Positions 16,205 to 24,096 of a DNA stretch of 64,000 bases are shown in pieces. This DNA is from a virus. Below the pieces are notes generated by a model that was not told where the DNA came from, did not search any database, and saw only the letters and a list, made by a program, of their open reading frames with translations. Position 1 is the first letter of the stretch, and each line of letters starts with the position of its first letter. The position numbers were made by a program, and so were the translations under genes. The stretch spans positions 32,001-96,000 of the IMG/VR virus record IMGVR_UViG_3300047476_000704. One strand, 5' to 3'.

Positions 16205-16217
16205 TTCTCAAAGAACT
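16205..16217 (-). promoter_or_regulatory. boxA-like element
   Basis: AGTTCTTTGAGAA between the promoter and the giant RNA. Confidence 0.55.
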
Positions 16218-16272
16218 TTTTATTTGAGTTACCGAGTATCTTTCATCACCTATTGGTCTCAAATCTATAATA

Positions 16273-16303
16273 CAAATATACGAAACTTTTTCCATATATC
16301 AAA
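16273..16303 (-). promoter_or_regulatory. Bacteroidota sigma-A promoter
   Basis: TTTG-N19-TATATTTG. Confidence 0.85.
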
Positions 16304-16320
16304 ATTATTTTTACTTTTTT

Positions 16321-16500
16321 TTAAGATTGGTTGTCTCCGGCTTTTTAACCCCCCGCGTTTGGAAAGATATTCACACATTCGGTTTTATTAGATGTTGGCT
16401 TCAACAACCATTCTTAAATATTGGATGAGTAGTGGGATGGTATTTCTACCTCTCGGGTCCTCTTAACACCGGACTTCTCCACACCGGCATACTAACCTCA
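16321..16500 (-). ncRNA. One or two small structured RNAs with their own promoter
   Basis: TTAAGA..TGGTTGT / ACAACCA..TCTTAA closing stem (16321-16417); second imperfect stem 16426-16500. Confidence 0.4.
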
Positions 16501-16512
16501 TTTTCAACATTA

Positions 16513-16543
16513 CAAATATACGAAACTTTTTTCATATATCAAA
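16513..16543 (-). promoter_or_regulatory. Bacteroidota sigma-A promoter
   Basis: TTTG-N19-TATATTTG. Confidence 0.85.
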
Positions 16544-16562
16544 GTCTTTTTAACTTTTTTTT

Positions 16563-16637
16563 TGGTTGCGGGAGACAGAATCGAACTATCGTAGACCTGG
16601 CTTATGAGACCGGTGGGAAACCAACATCCTCCCCGCG
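16563..16637 (-). tRNA. Initiator-type tRNA-fMet(CAT) with reduced D-arm
   Basis: C1.A72 mismatch; loop CTCATAA; ACCA end. Confidence 0.8.
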
Positions 16638-16650
16638 ATTTATTATGATA

Positions 16651-16682
16651 CAAATATACGAAACTTTTTTCATATATCCAAA
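16651..16682 (-). promoter_or_regulatory. Bacteroidota sigma-A promoter
   Basis: TTTG-N20-TATATTTG. Confidence 0.85.
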
Positions 16683-16689
16683 TGATTTC

Positions 16690-17232
16690 TCATTTATTTT
16701 TTACGATATTAAAAAACTCAAATACATCTTCTTCTAGCATATTACTTTTTAAGTTGTTAGCTGTAAGACTTATGAATTGAATATTATCAATTGTATATGG
16801 TTTTGATGAATCAATTCTATCAATAGATGCTTTGTAATTACTTGATATGGTTTTATATTTTGGTTGATATTGTAATACTAAATCTACATTTGTAAGTTTA
16901 CATTTACCATTTTGATAATTCCATATTTCAACTAATTTATCTAAATCCAATTCATATACAAATTTAGATTTCCTAGCTCTAACTCTTTTAGCAAAATCTC
17001 GCATAGATGATTTGATTTTCTGCTCTTCTGTGATGAGTTTGTTTTCACCACCTTTGAAATGATATGGATTTGCAGATAGTTTTATCATTTCAATATTACC
17101 ATCTCTATTACCAGAACATTTTAGACTACAATAAAAATCGGTCTTTCCCAATTTTATTCTTCTGTTGTATTCGTTTTTTGGTTTTTCAAAATCAACATTA
17201 CATATTTTGCATTTTACTTTTATCGTTTTCAT
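16690..17232 (-). CDS. His-Me finger (HNH-like) homing endonuclease-like protein
   Basis: N-terminal CKIC / YCSLKC zinc module; QNGKCKLT...SIDRIDSSKPYTIDNIQ...ANNLK; start at ATG 17232 (track GTG 17238). Confidence 0.7.
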   Translation of the reverse strand: MKTIKVKCKICNVDFEKPKNEYNRRIKLGKTDFYCSLKCSGNRDGNIEMIKLSANPYHFKGGENKLITEEQKIKSSMRDFAKRVRARKSKFVYELDLDKLVEIWNYQNGKCKLTNVDLVLQYQPKYKTISSNYKASIDRIDSSKPYTIDNIQFISLTANNLKSNMLEEDVFEFFNIVKNK

Positions 17233-17250
17233 ATCCACTATATGTTTGTA

Positions 17251-17258
17251 TATAAATA
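17251..17258 (-). promoter_or_regulatory. Putative late-promoter motif TATTTATA within a 10-bp hairpin
   Basis: Flanked by TCCACTATAT/ATATAGTGGA. Confidence 0.55.
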
Positions 17259-17283
17259 TAGTGGAGATGAAGAAAACGAATAG

Positions 17284-17670
17284 TGGAGATGGTGGTATTC
17301 GAAACCACGTCCAGATAAGTTTCTAATGTAAATCGTTCACAAGTTTATTCAATTTTTCTAAACTGAAAAAATATAGAGTTTCTATTTTGCCATTGCCACT
17401 CTCAAATGTGGAAGATTCACTTTAATAGGTAGAACCTCAAACGAGACCTCACTTCCGTTCACTTCTTTTTAAGTCCCACGAGTGATGCGGGATTGATTAG
17501 GCAGCTACTGCGTAATCGAATGAGTTCATCCATGCCATAGCATCTTCGAACGTCATTGTAGATAATTCTACGTCTGCACTTATTGTTTGATAGGTATTCA
17601 AAGGTTTCCATCTAACCTTACTTGCATCAATACAACCAGTCTTCATACCTGTCAAAAGCCGGTCATCCCC
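17284..17670 (-). ncRNA. ssrA: tmRNA
   Basis: 5' GGGGATGACCGGCTTTTGACAG; G3:U70; T-arm; 3' CATCTCCA; tag ADVELSTMTFEDAMAWMNSFDYAVAA* (17577-17497). Confidence 0.95.
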
Positions 17671-17689
17671 ATATTTCAAATAACTTATA

Positions 17690-17721
17690 CAAATATACGA
17701 AACTTTTTTCGTAATTCCAAA
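17690..17721 (-). promoter_or_regulatory. Bacteroidota sigma-A promoter
   Basis: TTTG-N20-TATATTTG upstream of tmRNA. Confidence 0.85.
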
Positions 17722-17734
17722 TAATATATATTAT

Positions 17735-18334
17735 TTATTCAAAGTTTAAAATAACATTACCAGCTGCTACTATTCTTTCTTTTGTAGATTTCGGTGCCAA
17801 CGATGGTAAATGGTCTAAATTTGCATCAAATACATATAGATAACCTTCTTCTGGAAAAAATGTATGTGTTATTCTGTGGTCTTTATCATCTCTAAAAAAT
17901 AACTTACCTTCTGGACCTTCACAATTATCTGGAACCTGTACATAATATACCCATGTCCAATCTGTAAATGTTTCGTAATCCGGATGAAACTTTAAATGAT
18001 TATGATAATGTGCATCTGGTAATTCGGGAACTGCTACATATATCCAAGTTCGTTGATAACCACTTAAATATTTTTCACCATCTAACTCAATGAAAAAATC
18101 TCTTACCTTATTAAAGCAGGATGAAAACATATGTCTGGTTTCATCACCACACAATGCTTGTCCATCAATTTGTAAACCAGGAGCCCTCATTTTAGTATCA
18201 TTGAAACGCTTATCAGGCATCCACATTTCTCTATCAATCTGAACTTCTTTAATAACCTTTTGATTATCAATACCACTAATAGGTATTTTATAAATCTTGT
18301 GATTTAAAAAACCAATTTCTTCGTAACTAATCAT
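17735..18334 (-). CDS. 2OG-Fe(II) oxygenase-like protein
   Basis: HYHNH...WVYYV...GKLFF...FDANLDH...RIVAAGN. Confidence 0.7.
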   Translation of the reverse strand: MISYEEIGFLNHKIYKIPISGIDNQKVIKEVQIDREMWMPDKRFNDTKMRAPGLQIDGQALCGDETRHMFSSCFNKVRDFFIELDGEKYLSGYQRTWIYVAVPELPDAHYHNHLKFHPDYETFTDWTWVYYVQVPDNCEGPEGKLFFRDDKDHRITHTFFPEEGYLYVFDANLDHLPSLAPKSTKERIVAAGNVILNFE

Positions 18335-18339
18335 AAAAT

Positions 18340-19146
18340 TTATCTTATTATCTTACCTTTTAATGCTCTTGCAGTTATAATCCATTTTTTAGCAATTGGA
18401 TTTGTTATTGGTTGTGCTAAAAATCTAGCTGCTGCTTTTGTTACATCACCATGCTTAACACCTGCTACTGAATTATCTACAATTGAGAATTTGTATCCAC
18501 CAAATAATCTTTGGAACTTACCCATATTCTCTTGGCATGCTTTCCAACTCTTTACCAATAATTCTTCTGGTACTACTCTACTTCTTTGTTGGTTTCTTTC
18601 TTTTGCTACTTCCAAAGATGTATTTACAAAAACCATATAGCAATCATACCCTAATGCTTCGGCATGTGCTTTTTGTTTTGCAATCTTATCGTACTCATGC
18701 CCAGTACCATCAATAATCATACCTAATCTACCGGCTTCGTAAAAATCTTTTAACTTTTTTGTTATACCTTTTGCAATATTACGAATTGAATCTGGCGATT
18801 TTCCTTGTATTTTATCCCATAATTGTGGGTCTTCTTTTTCAATTTTTGCTAAATCCTTTGGGTCTATACCATTCTTCTTTAAACCAGCTTCAAATGCGGC
18901 ATCTGAATTTACAACTTTTAAACCAGATGGTGCAAATTTTGTATAATCAACTACACCAAAGATTTCTTTTGATGTATATCCTTTACCACTACCAGGTCCA
19001 CCTGCTAAAAATACACACTTAAATATACCAGGGTCATCAACACCCTCTGCAATCATTTGCTCTTGCAACTTTTGCTTTGTTCTTTGTAAGTATGTGCTTA
19101 AAGTAGATAGTTCATCTACTGCTTCGTTCAATAAATGTTTAGACAT
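18340..19146 (-). CDS. Zeta-toxin / AAA_33-like P-loop kinase
   Basis: FLAGGPGSGKG, VVNSD, IIDGTG, ERNQQRSR lid. Confidence 0.8.
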   Translation of the reverse strand: MSKHLLNEAVDELSTLSTYLQRTKQKLQEQMIAEGVDDPGIFKCVFLAGGPGSGKGYTSKEIFGVVDYTKFAPSGLKVVNSDAAFEAGLKKNGIDPKDLAKIEKEDPQLWDKIQGKSPDSIRNIAKGITKKLKDFYEAGRLGMIIDGTGHEYDKIAKQKAHAEALGYDCYMVFVNTSLEVAKERNQQRSRVVPEELLVKSWKACQENMGKFQRLFGGYKFSIVDNSVAGVKHGDVTKAAARFLAQPITNPIAKKWIITARALKGKIIR

Positions 19147-19165
19147 ATTTAGTTTGTTTATATAG

Positions 19166-19173
19166 TATAAATA
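19166..19173 (-). promoter_or_regulatory. Putative late-promoter motif TATTTATA
   Basis: 20 nt upstream of the kinase start. Confidence 0.55.
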
Positions 19174-19183
19174 TATATTTTTT

Positions 19184-19357
19184 CTAAATATGAGTCCAAA
19201 TTTCCCGTTTAACTATCTTACGAACATTTGTAGTTGATACTCCATTGTTTCTCGCAATAACTTTTAAATTACGATGTCCTATTTCCCATAGGTGTCTGAT
19301 AGATACAACTTGTACATCCGTTAGTTTATGATTTGGATGTTGCTCTCCTTTTAACAT
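19184..19357 (-). CDS. Stand-alone helix-turn-helix protein (57 aa), like the C-terminal DNA-binding domain of HNH homing endonucleases
   Basis: MLKGEQHPNHKLTDVQVVSIRHLWEIGHRNLKVIARNNGVSTTNVRKIVKREIWTHI*; not in ORF track. Confidence 0.7.
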   Translation of the reverse strand: MLKGEQHPNHKLTDVQVVSIRHLWEIGHRNLKVIARNNGVSTTNVRKIVKREIWTHI

Positions 19358-19378
19358 TTATTAAAGTCCTATAATATA

Positions 19379-19999
19379 CTATTTTTTATTTTTAATTTGA
19401 TAATCTACATTACCACGTTTATCAAATACAAATTTATTTTTATAAATCTGATTACAATAATTACATTGTGGGAATACATTATTCAAACTTAATTCTTTTC
19501 TAGGGTCACAATGTCCTTTTTCTAATCTAACTATTAATGTTTTATCTTTATAGTGATATTCATTTTCAATTGCGCCACAGGTTAAACATCTATAACCATT
19601 TTCTTTTTTCAAATCCAACCATTCTGATTCTGTAAATGTTTGGTTTCTCCTAGTAGGTATAAACGATGGGTGTGGTTTTTCCAAAGTTAATAATCTATAC
19701 CAACCAAATATTTTACTACCACTTTTTTCAATAAAGTAACCATATTGCATTCCCAAATGTCTTGTTATTTGAAAATCATTTGTCTGTCTACCTATATTAT
19801 TCCATCCATCCGTTAATTCTTTTTTAGTAACAACTTCACCATGGTATTTTAATAAAAATAATATAGCAAATAATGATTGACTTATCTTTGTATCGTTATA
19901 TTTAATGAATTTTACACCATATTGTTTAAGATATTTATTATAATAATTAGTATAGTTACTATATAAAGTATCAAATTCATCCAAATTCAAAGATTTCAT
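19379..19999 (-). CDS. HNH nuclease, restriction-endonuclease-like
   Basis: RCLTCG...LEKGHCDP...NVFPQCNYCN. Confidence 0.65.
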   Translation of the reverse strand: MKSLNLDEFDTLYSNYTNYYNKYLKQYGVKFIKYNDTKISQSLFAILFLLKYHGEVVTKKELTDGWNNIGRQTNDFQITRHLGMQYGYFIEKSGSKIFGWYRLLTLEKPHPSFIPTRRNQTFTESEWLDLKKENGYRCLTCGAIENEYHYKDKTLIVRLEKGHCDPRKELSLNNVFPQCNYCNQIYKNKFVFDKRGNVDYQIKNKK

Positions 20000-20014
20000 A
20001 ATTTTAGTTTTATG

Positions 20015-20395
20015 TTATAACCCAACACTATCCCAATTCGAATTGATGAACCCAGCATCCCTACCAACGGCAACTGCCATAGCACGTGCGTTTTCGGGCT
20101 CACCCTTTGAATTGTTGTTGATTAAAATTCTTTCTTCTCGTCCGATACCCATTACTAACTGATGGTAAAGAATACCTGCGTTTATCATTTGTTGTTTAGT
20201 AATCTCTCTCAATGATTCCGGTCTTGCGGTAGTTAAAACAATATAGTGTCCAGCATTAACCCACTCTGTCATCTTCTCTTTTACACCTGGCAACACATTT
20301 ACTATGTTAGGGTCTAAATCTTCAAAACGAACTTGCTCAATCAAAGTACCGTCTATATCACTAAAAATCGTTTTGTAATTTTGTTCTCTTTTCAT
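20015..20395 (-). CDS. HAD-family phosphatase
   Basis: FSDIDGTL; LTTAR. Confidence 0.8.
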   Translation of the reverse strand: MKREQNYKTIFSDIDGTLIEQVRFEDLDPNIVNVLPGVKEKMTEWVNAGHYIVLTTARPESLREITKQQMINAGILYHQLVMGIGREERILINNNSKGEPENARAMAVAVGRDAGFINSNWDSVGL

Positions 20396-20473
20396 ATTTT
20401 CTATCGTTTAACTCTCACTACTTTGTAAAGATAAGAAATGTTTTTCACTTATCCTAATTTTATTTCATGTATT

Positions 20474-20794
20474 TTACAAATAAGTTACACCATAAACACC
20501 ATATCTAGCAGTTCCATCAATGATGTTTCCTCTACTATGTTTAGCGGGCGAAGCGTAAGAAGCTGCTTTTAACAAATCACCTTTTTTAATTGGAACTCCT
20601 TTGTAATCACCATCATAACGCGAGATAAATCCCCACACATAACTACCATTTAATATTTTAATAAACTTATTACCAGCCTTTATTGTCAATTTAGTTGGTT
20701 CTAAATTTGATAAGTGATTTGCGTAATAATCTTCAATTTCTAAATTAACTTTCTCAATAAATTTATCAACGATTGGGTTATTGTAGTTTTTCAT
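20474..20794 (-). CDS. Conserved phage hypothetical protein
   Basis: KFIKI...VWGFI...GDLLKAAS..SPAK..RGNI pattern. Confidence 0.7.
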   Translation of the reverse strand: MKNYNNPIVDKFIEKVNLEIEDYYANHLSNLEPTKLTIKAGNKFIKILNGSYVWGFISRYDGDYKGVPIKKGDLLKAASYASPAKHSRGNIIDGTARYGVYGVTYL

Positions 20795-20977
20795 CTTATT
20801 GTTGTTTTATGTTTAACTCTTATTACATAGCAAAGGTACGCATAAAAAGGCAAAATGTCAAGATTTATTTGCTTTTTTTTCAAATAATTCTAAAAAAATA
20901 AATTCAAATAAACACACTACCGAAAATACAATGATTATTGAAACCATCCAAATATCTTTTAATATTCTATACATAAG

Positions 20978-21355
20978 TTATACGATTGGAAATCCAGCAG
21001 ATGAGTTTGTTGTTGAAGGTAATTTCGGAGCCCACCCCTTTGAGTGATTACTATATGTAGGACGAGGAGTATAAGCAAATGTAGGTCTTACACCAATCCC
21101 ATCCCAAGCCGATTCCCATTTATCTGGCAATATACCATCTTCGATTAGAACAAAAGTACCACCATCGGTTTTTTGTCCTACCTTTTCAATATTTTTTTTA
21201 TTAAACTTACGAAAGATGTTTTTACGATTTTCTTTATCTACTTCGATGAATAGAACTGAACGGGCTTTAACCTTACATACTTTAAGGGGTTTTGTTCCAA
21301 TCTTACCATTTTTAGAAACAACCACATCAACAATTTGACCTATTAAATTTTCCAT
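20978..21355 (-). CDS. Hypothetical protein
   Basis: ORF with promoter-like upstream region. Confidence 0.65.
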   Translation of the reverse strand: MENLIGQIVDVVVSKNGKIGTKPLKVCKVKARSVLFIEVDKENRKNIFRKFNKKNIEKVGQKTDGGTFVLIEDGILPDKWESAWDGIGVRPTFAYTPRPTYSNHSKGWAPKLPSTTNSSAGFPIV

Positions 21356-21421
21356 ATCTTTATCGTTTTATTACAGATTAAAGATAGGTAAAATGTAGCA
21401 AAATGTCAAGTGTTTTGTAAA

Positions 21422-22129
21422 TTATTTTTTAGGTTTTTTTATTGCTGCAAATGCAGTTTTATATGCAGGCGATGTTTTATCGTAACCTAATGCAGTTTTA
21501 ACTTTGATACTTCTACCAGTTTCTGGATTCTTTATTCGTTTATCTAATGCACCGTCGGGTATCATAGATGATAATTTTTTAATATTGGCTTGCTTTTTTT
21601 CCGCACCAACATTTTTTCCAGTTTGTGCTTTTTTACCTTTCATAAATAAGAATGTTTTTTCTTTATTTTTAAACTTTGAAAATGCTTGTGCGGTTTGGTT
21701 TGGATGAAATTTACCTATATTTTCATCACCACCTTCTCTGAAAATTAAATGTGCATTTCCTTTTGTATCTTTACCACCATATACCACTGCATCTTGATTG
21801 TACTTTTTAGCTATTTTGGTCATAAACTCTTTAGATGCGCCCGGTATAAATAGAGTTTCCTCTGTTGAGTCTACTAATTTATCAGATGGACAATCTTCAT
21901 ATTTTATATTTGAATCTTGACACTCTCTCCAATGTCCATCAATCTTAAAAAATCCCAAACCCTTTGCACGAACTTCTGCTTCTAATTGTTTGTTTAGAGC
22001 TTTGTTTTCTTTTGGTGTATTGGAATAACGGTATGCAGTTGCCATTCCCCAACTAGGAACTTTTTTATCTATAACGTGTTGGTATGCTCTTGCTAATGAT
22101 GCTTCTGATAGTTTGTGAAATTTTTCCAT
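21422..22129 (-). CDS. Conserved phage protein (possibly DUF3293-like)
   Basis: EASLARAYQH...TAYR...GLGFFKIDG...KKYNQDAV; C-terminal KNPETGRSIKVKTAL module. Confidence 0.6.
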   Translation of the reverse strand: MEKFHKLSEASLARAYQHVIDKKVPSWGMATAYRYSNTPKENKALNKQLEAEVRAKGLGFFKIDGHWRECQDSNIKYEDCPSDKLVDSTEETLFIPGASKEFMTKIAKKYNQDAVVYGGKDTKGNAHLIFREGGDENIGKFHPNQTAQAFSKFKNKEKTFLFMKGKKAQTGKNVGAEKKQANIKKLSSMIPDGALDKRIKNPETGRSIKVKTALGYDKTSPAYKTAFAAIKKPKK

Positions 22130-22168
22130 TCTTTATTATTATACTAATAAATATAATAAATTATTCTT

Positions 22169-23299
22169 TTACCTACCAAATCCAATTTTAGGTTTTACTT
22201 CTTCTGTTTTATATTGTTCTGTATTAATATTATAAATATCTGCCAATACCATTTCTTCTTTCACCTCATTATCCATTCCCAAATGTTTTATTAGGATATT
22301 AGTATCTTCTACATTTAGTTTACCAAACTTATGTTCGGCAATCAATCTACCTTTTCGCAATAGAGCAGAATCAATCTTTTCTTTATCCATATTAAATGTA
22401 GCAATAATACTAATGTTTAGAATATCACCCAATATACCATCTGTTAAATTTAGAATGTTAGATACACCCGTAGATGCATAGGAATTATTTCTATCACCAA
22501 TAATCTTCTCCGCATCCTCAATCACCAAAATACAATCTTTGTTGTCCATTAGGAATGGAACAAAATCAGGATTAACAATACTCTCTGCTAAAATTGGTGG
22601 TAAAAACAAAACCTTTCTCTTCATATGATTTGCTAACCATTTGATGTATGTGGTTTTACCTGTACCCGGCAGTCCATGCAACAACACCAATCTACCTCTT
22701 TGTTCCTTTTTAGATGTCAATGCAGTTACAATTGAATCGTTTATTTTAACAAAATCCTTACCATAATTTAATTCTAAATCAATCTTTGGCTTTGGTAATT
22801 TAAACTCCTCCGTTTCGAATCCATACGATGTTGCTTTTAATAAATGTATCTTACCCTCTTTACTTTGTTTAGATAACTTCGTAACATCATCCAATATAGT
22901 ATGTTTTAATATATCTTTTGTACAAGTATATGCAAATGATAATCTATATTGATTCTTCTTTATTGATTTTGAATCTTGTTCTACATAATCTGGCTCATCA
23001 AAGTAATCACCATCAATCTCCGATACATTTATTAAAATCAAATCCATACCATCTACCCGTCTTTCATAAGTAGAATTACATTTTGATTCCTTTGGTGATA
23101 GAAAATACTCCGATTGTTGGATTTTATTAAATCCAGCATTTTCTATTAAGGATAAAACCTTTTTATCAAACTTTATATCGCTTGAAAACTTTGTAGTGTT
23201 ATATAATTTACCAGTCTTTAAGGCAATATATTTGCCCATAGAAAAGTCATCACCATGTCCTGCTGTATATAATTTCTCTAATTCTGTATTCATTACCAA
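22169..23299 (-). CDS. AAA+ ATPase
   Basis: LLHGLPGTGKT, VIEDAE, LNLTDG, ATFN, LRKGRL. Confidence 0.9.
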   Translation of the reverse strand: MVMNTELEKLYTAGHGDDFSMGKYIALKTGKLYNTTKFSSDIKFDKKVLSLIENAGFNKIQQSEYFLSPKESKCNSTYERRVDGMDLILINVSEIDGDYFDEPDYVEQDSKSIKKNQYRLSFAYTCTKDILKHTILDDVTKLSKQSKEGKIHLLKATSYGFETEEFKLPKPKIDLELNYGKDFVKINDSIVTALTSKKEQRGRLVLLHGLPGTGKTTYIKWLANHMKRKVLFLPPILAESIVNPDFVPFLMDNKDCILVIEDAEKIIGDRNNSYASTGVSNILNLTDGILGDILNISIIATFNMDKEKIDSALLRKGRLIAEHKFGKLNVEDTNILIKHLGMDNEVKEEMVLADIYNINTEQYKTEEVKPKIGFGR

Positions 23300-24096
23300 A
23301 AGTTTTTAGCTATTTCCGTACTTGGTTCTATTGTAGTATGGTGTTCAATTCCTTTATTATATTCTCTTGCATTTTTTGGATACTCTCTGATTGGATGTTT
23401 TAATCGTTTCATCAAATCTTTCTTCTCCCGTTTGTCCTGTGGTATTAACTGAATGTATCTATGTTTTGGTGGTTCTTCTCTTCTCCAAAATTCAGTATAT
23501 CCATCTTTACCAATTTCTCTACGAAGATGTTCTAAATTACCACTACCCCATTTTGTAAATACACTCCTACTATGTATCCATTTATATGGGTCTTTTTGTA
23601 CCGATATACCATAATTTGGCATCAGTGCAATATCGGTATTTAATCCTTGATAAATCCAATTGGTTGCTTGGTATATTCCACCCAAATGTTCTTGTCCATT
23701 ATCAGCGTATGAGAGCAAAACTTTGATTGCCTTATCATTTTCTTTCAACCACTTAAACGATTGCCCCAGAGCAAAACTTTCAATGTTAGAACCATACCCA
23801 TCATCGCAATATAAACGAGTTAATTCCAAAATGTTATCTTTGGTTAAACCCTCACATACAGATGTAGGTGCCTTTGCTCCAACCGGAAAACCATAGATTA
23901 AACAACCTATAAGTTTTTCAGTATCACCCAAAGCATTTTCGGTATCCGTTTTATAGAATATACCCAACGAATATCTACAAGCAGTCCAAGCGTGAGTATA
24001 GTGTTTCTTTACAATGATTTCTTTTGCAATGGATGTACTAATCTCCCTAACGGATACTCTACTCGTATCACAATAATTTTTATTAGCTTCTTTCAA
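23293..24096 (-). CDS. Mom-family (GNAT-fold) adenine modification enzyme, copy 2
   Basis: KHY, LELTRL, NIES, LSYAD..QEHLGGIYQATNWIYQG. Confidence 0.8.
   Translation of the reverse strand: MKEANKNYCDTSRVSVREISTSIAKEIIVKKHYTHAWTACRYSLGIFYKTDTENALGDTEKLIGCLIYGFPVGAKAPTSVCEGLTKDNILELTRLYCDDGYGSNIESFALGQSFKWLKENDKAIKVLLSYADNGQEHLGGIYQATNWIYQGLNTDIALMPNYGISVQKDPYKWIHSRSVFTKWGSGNLEHLRREIGKDGYTEFWRREEPPKHRYIQLIPQDKREKKDLMKRLKHPIREYPKNAREYNKGIEHHTTIEPSTEIAKNFW

Noticed and set aside
12429-16241. Shared 12-mer TACCGAGTATCT at 12429 and 16230
   Set aside because: Only two copies in different structural contexts; cannot separate from chance without relatives.
15187-16737. Track ORFs at 15187, 15457, 15502, 15835 and 16432
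   Set aside because: They overlap tRNAs or the hairpin-dense giant RNA and have no coding signal.
17259-17291. Prophage att site at the tmRNA 3' end
   Set aside because: The copies are only 22 bp apart and no integrase is in the window; kept only as an insertion scar.
17497-17679. 60-aa ORF as a protein gene
   Set aside because: It is the tmRNA 5' domain plus tag reading frame.
12979-17721. Roughly 32-bp dispersed repeats as CRISPR or mobile-element ends
   Set aside because: They match the Bacteroidota promoter consensus and are irregularly spaced.
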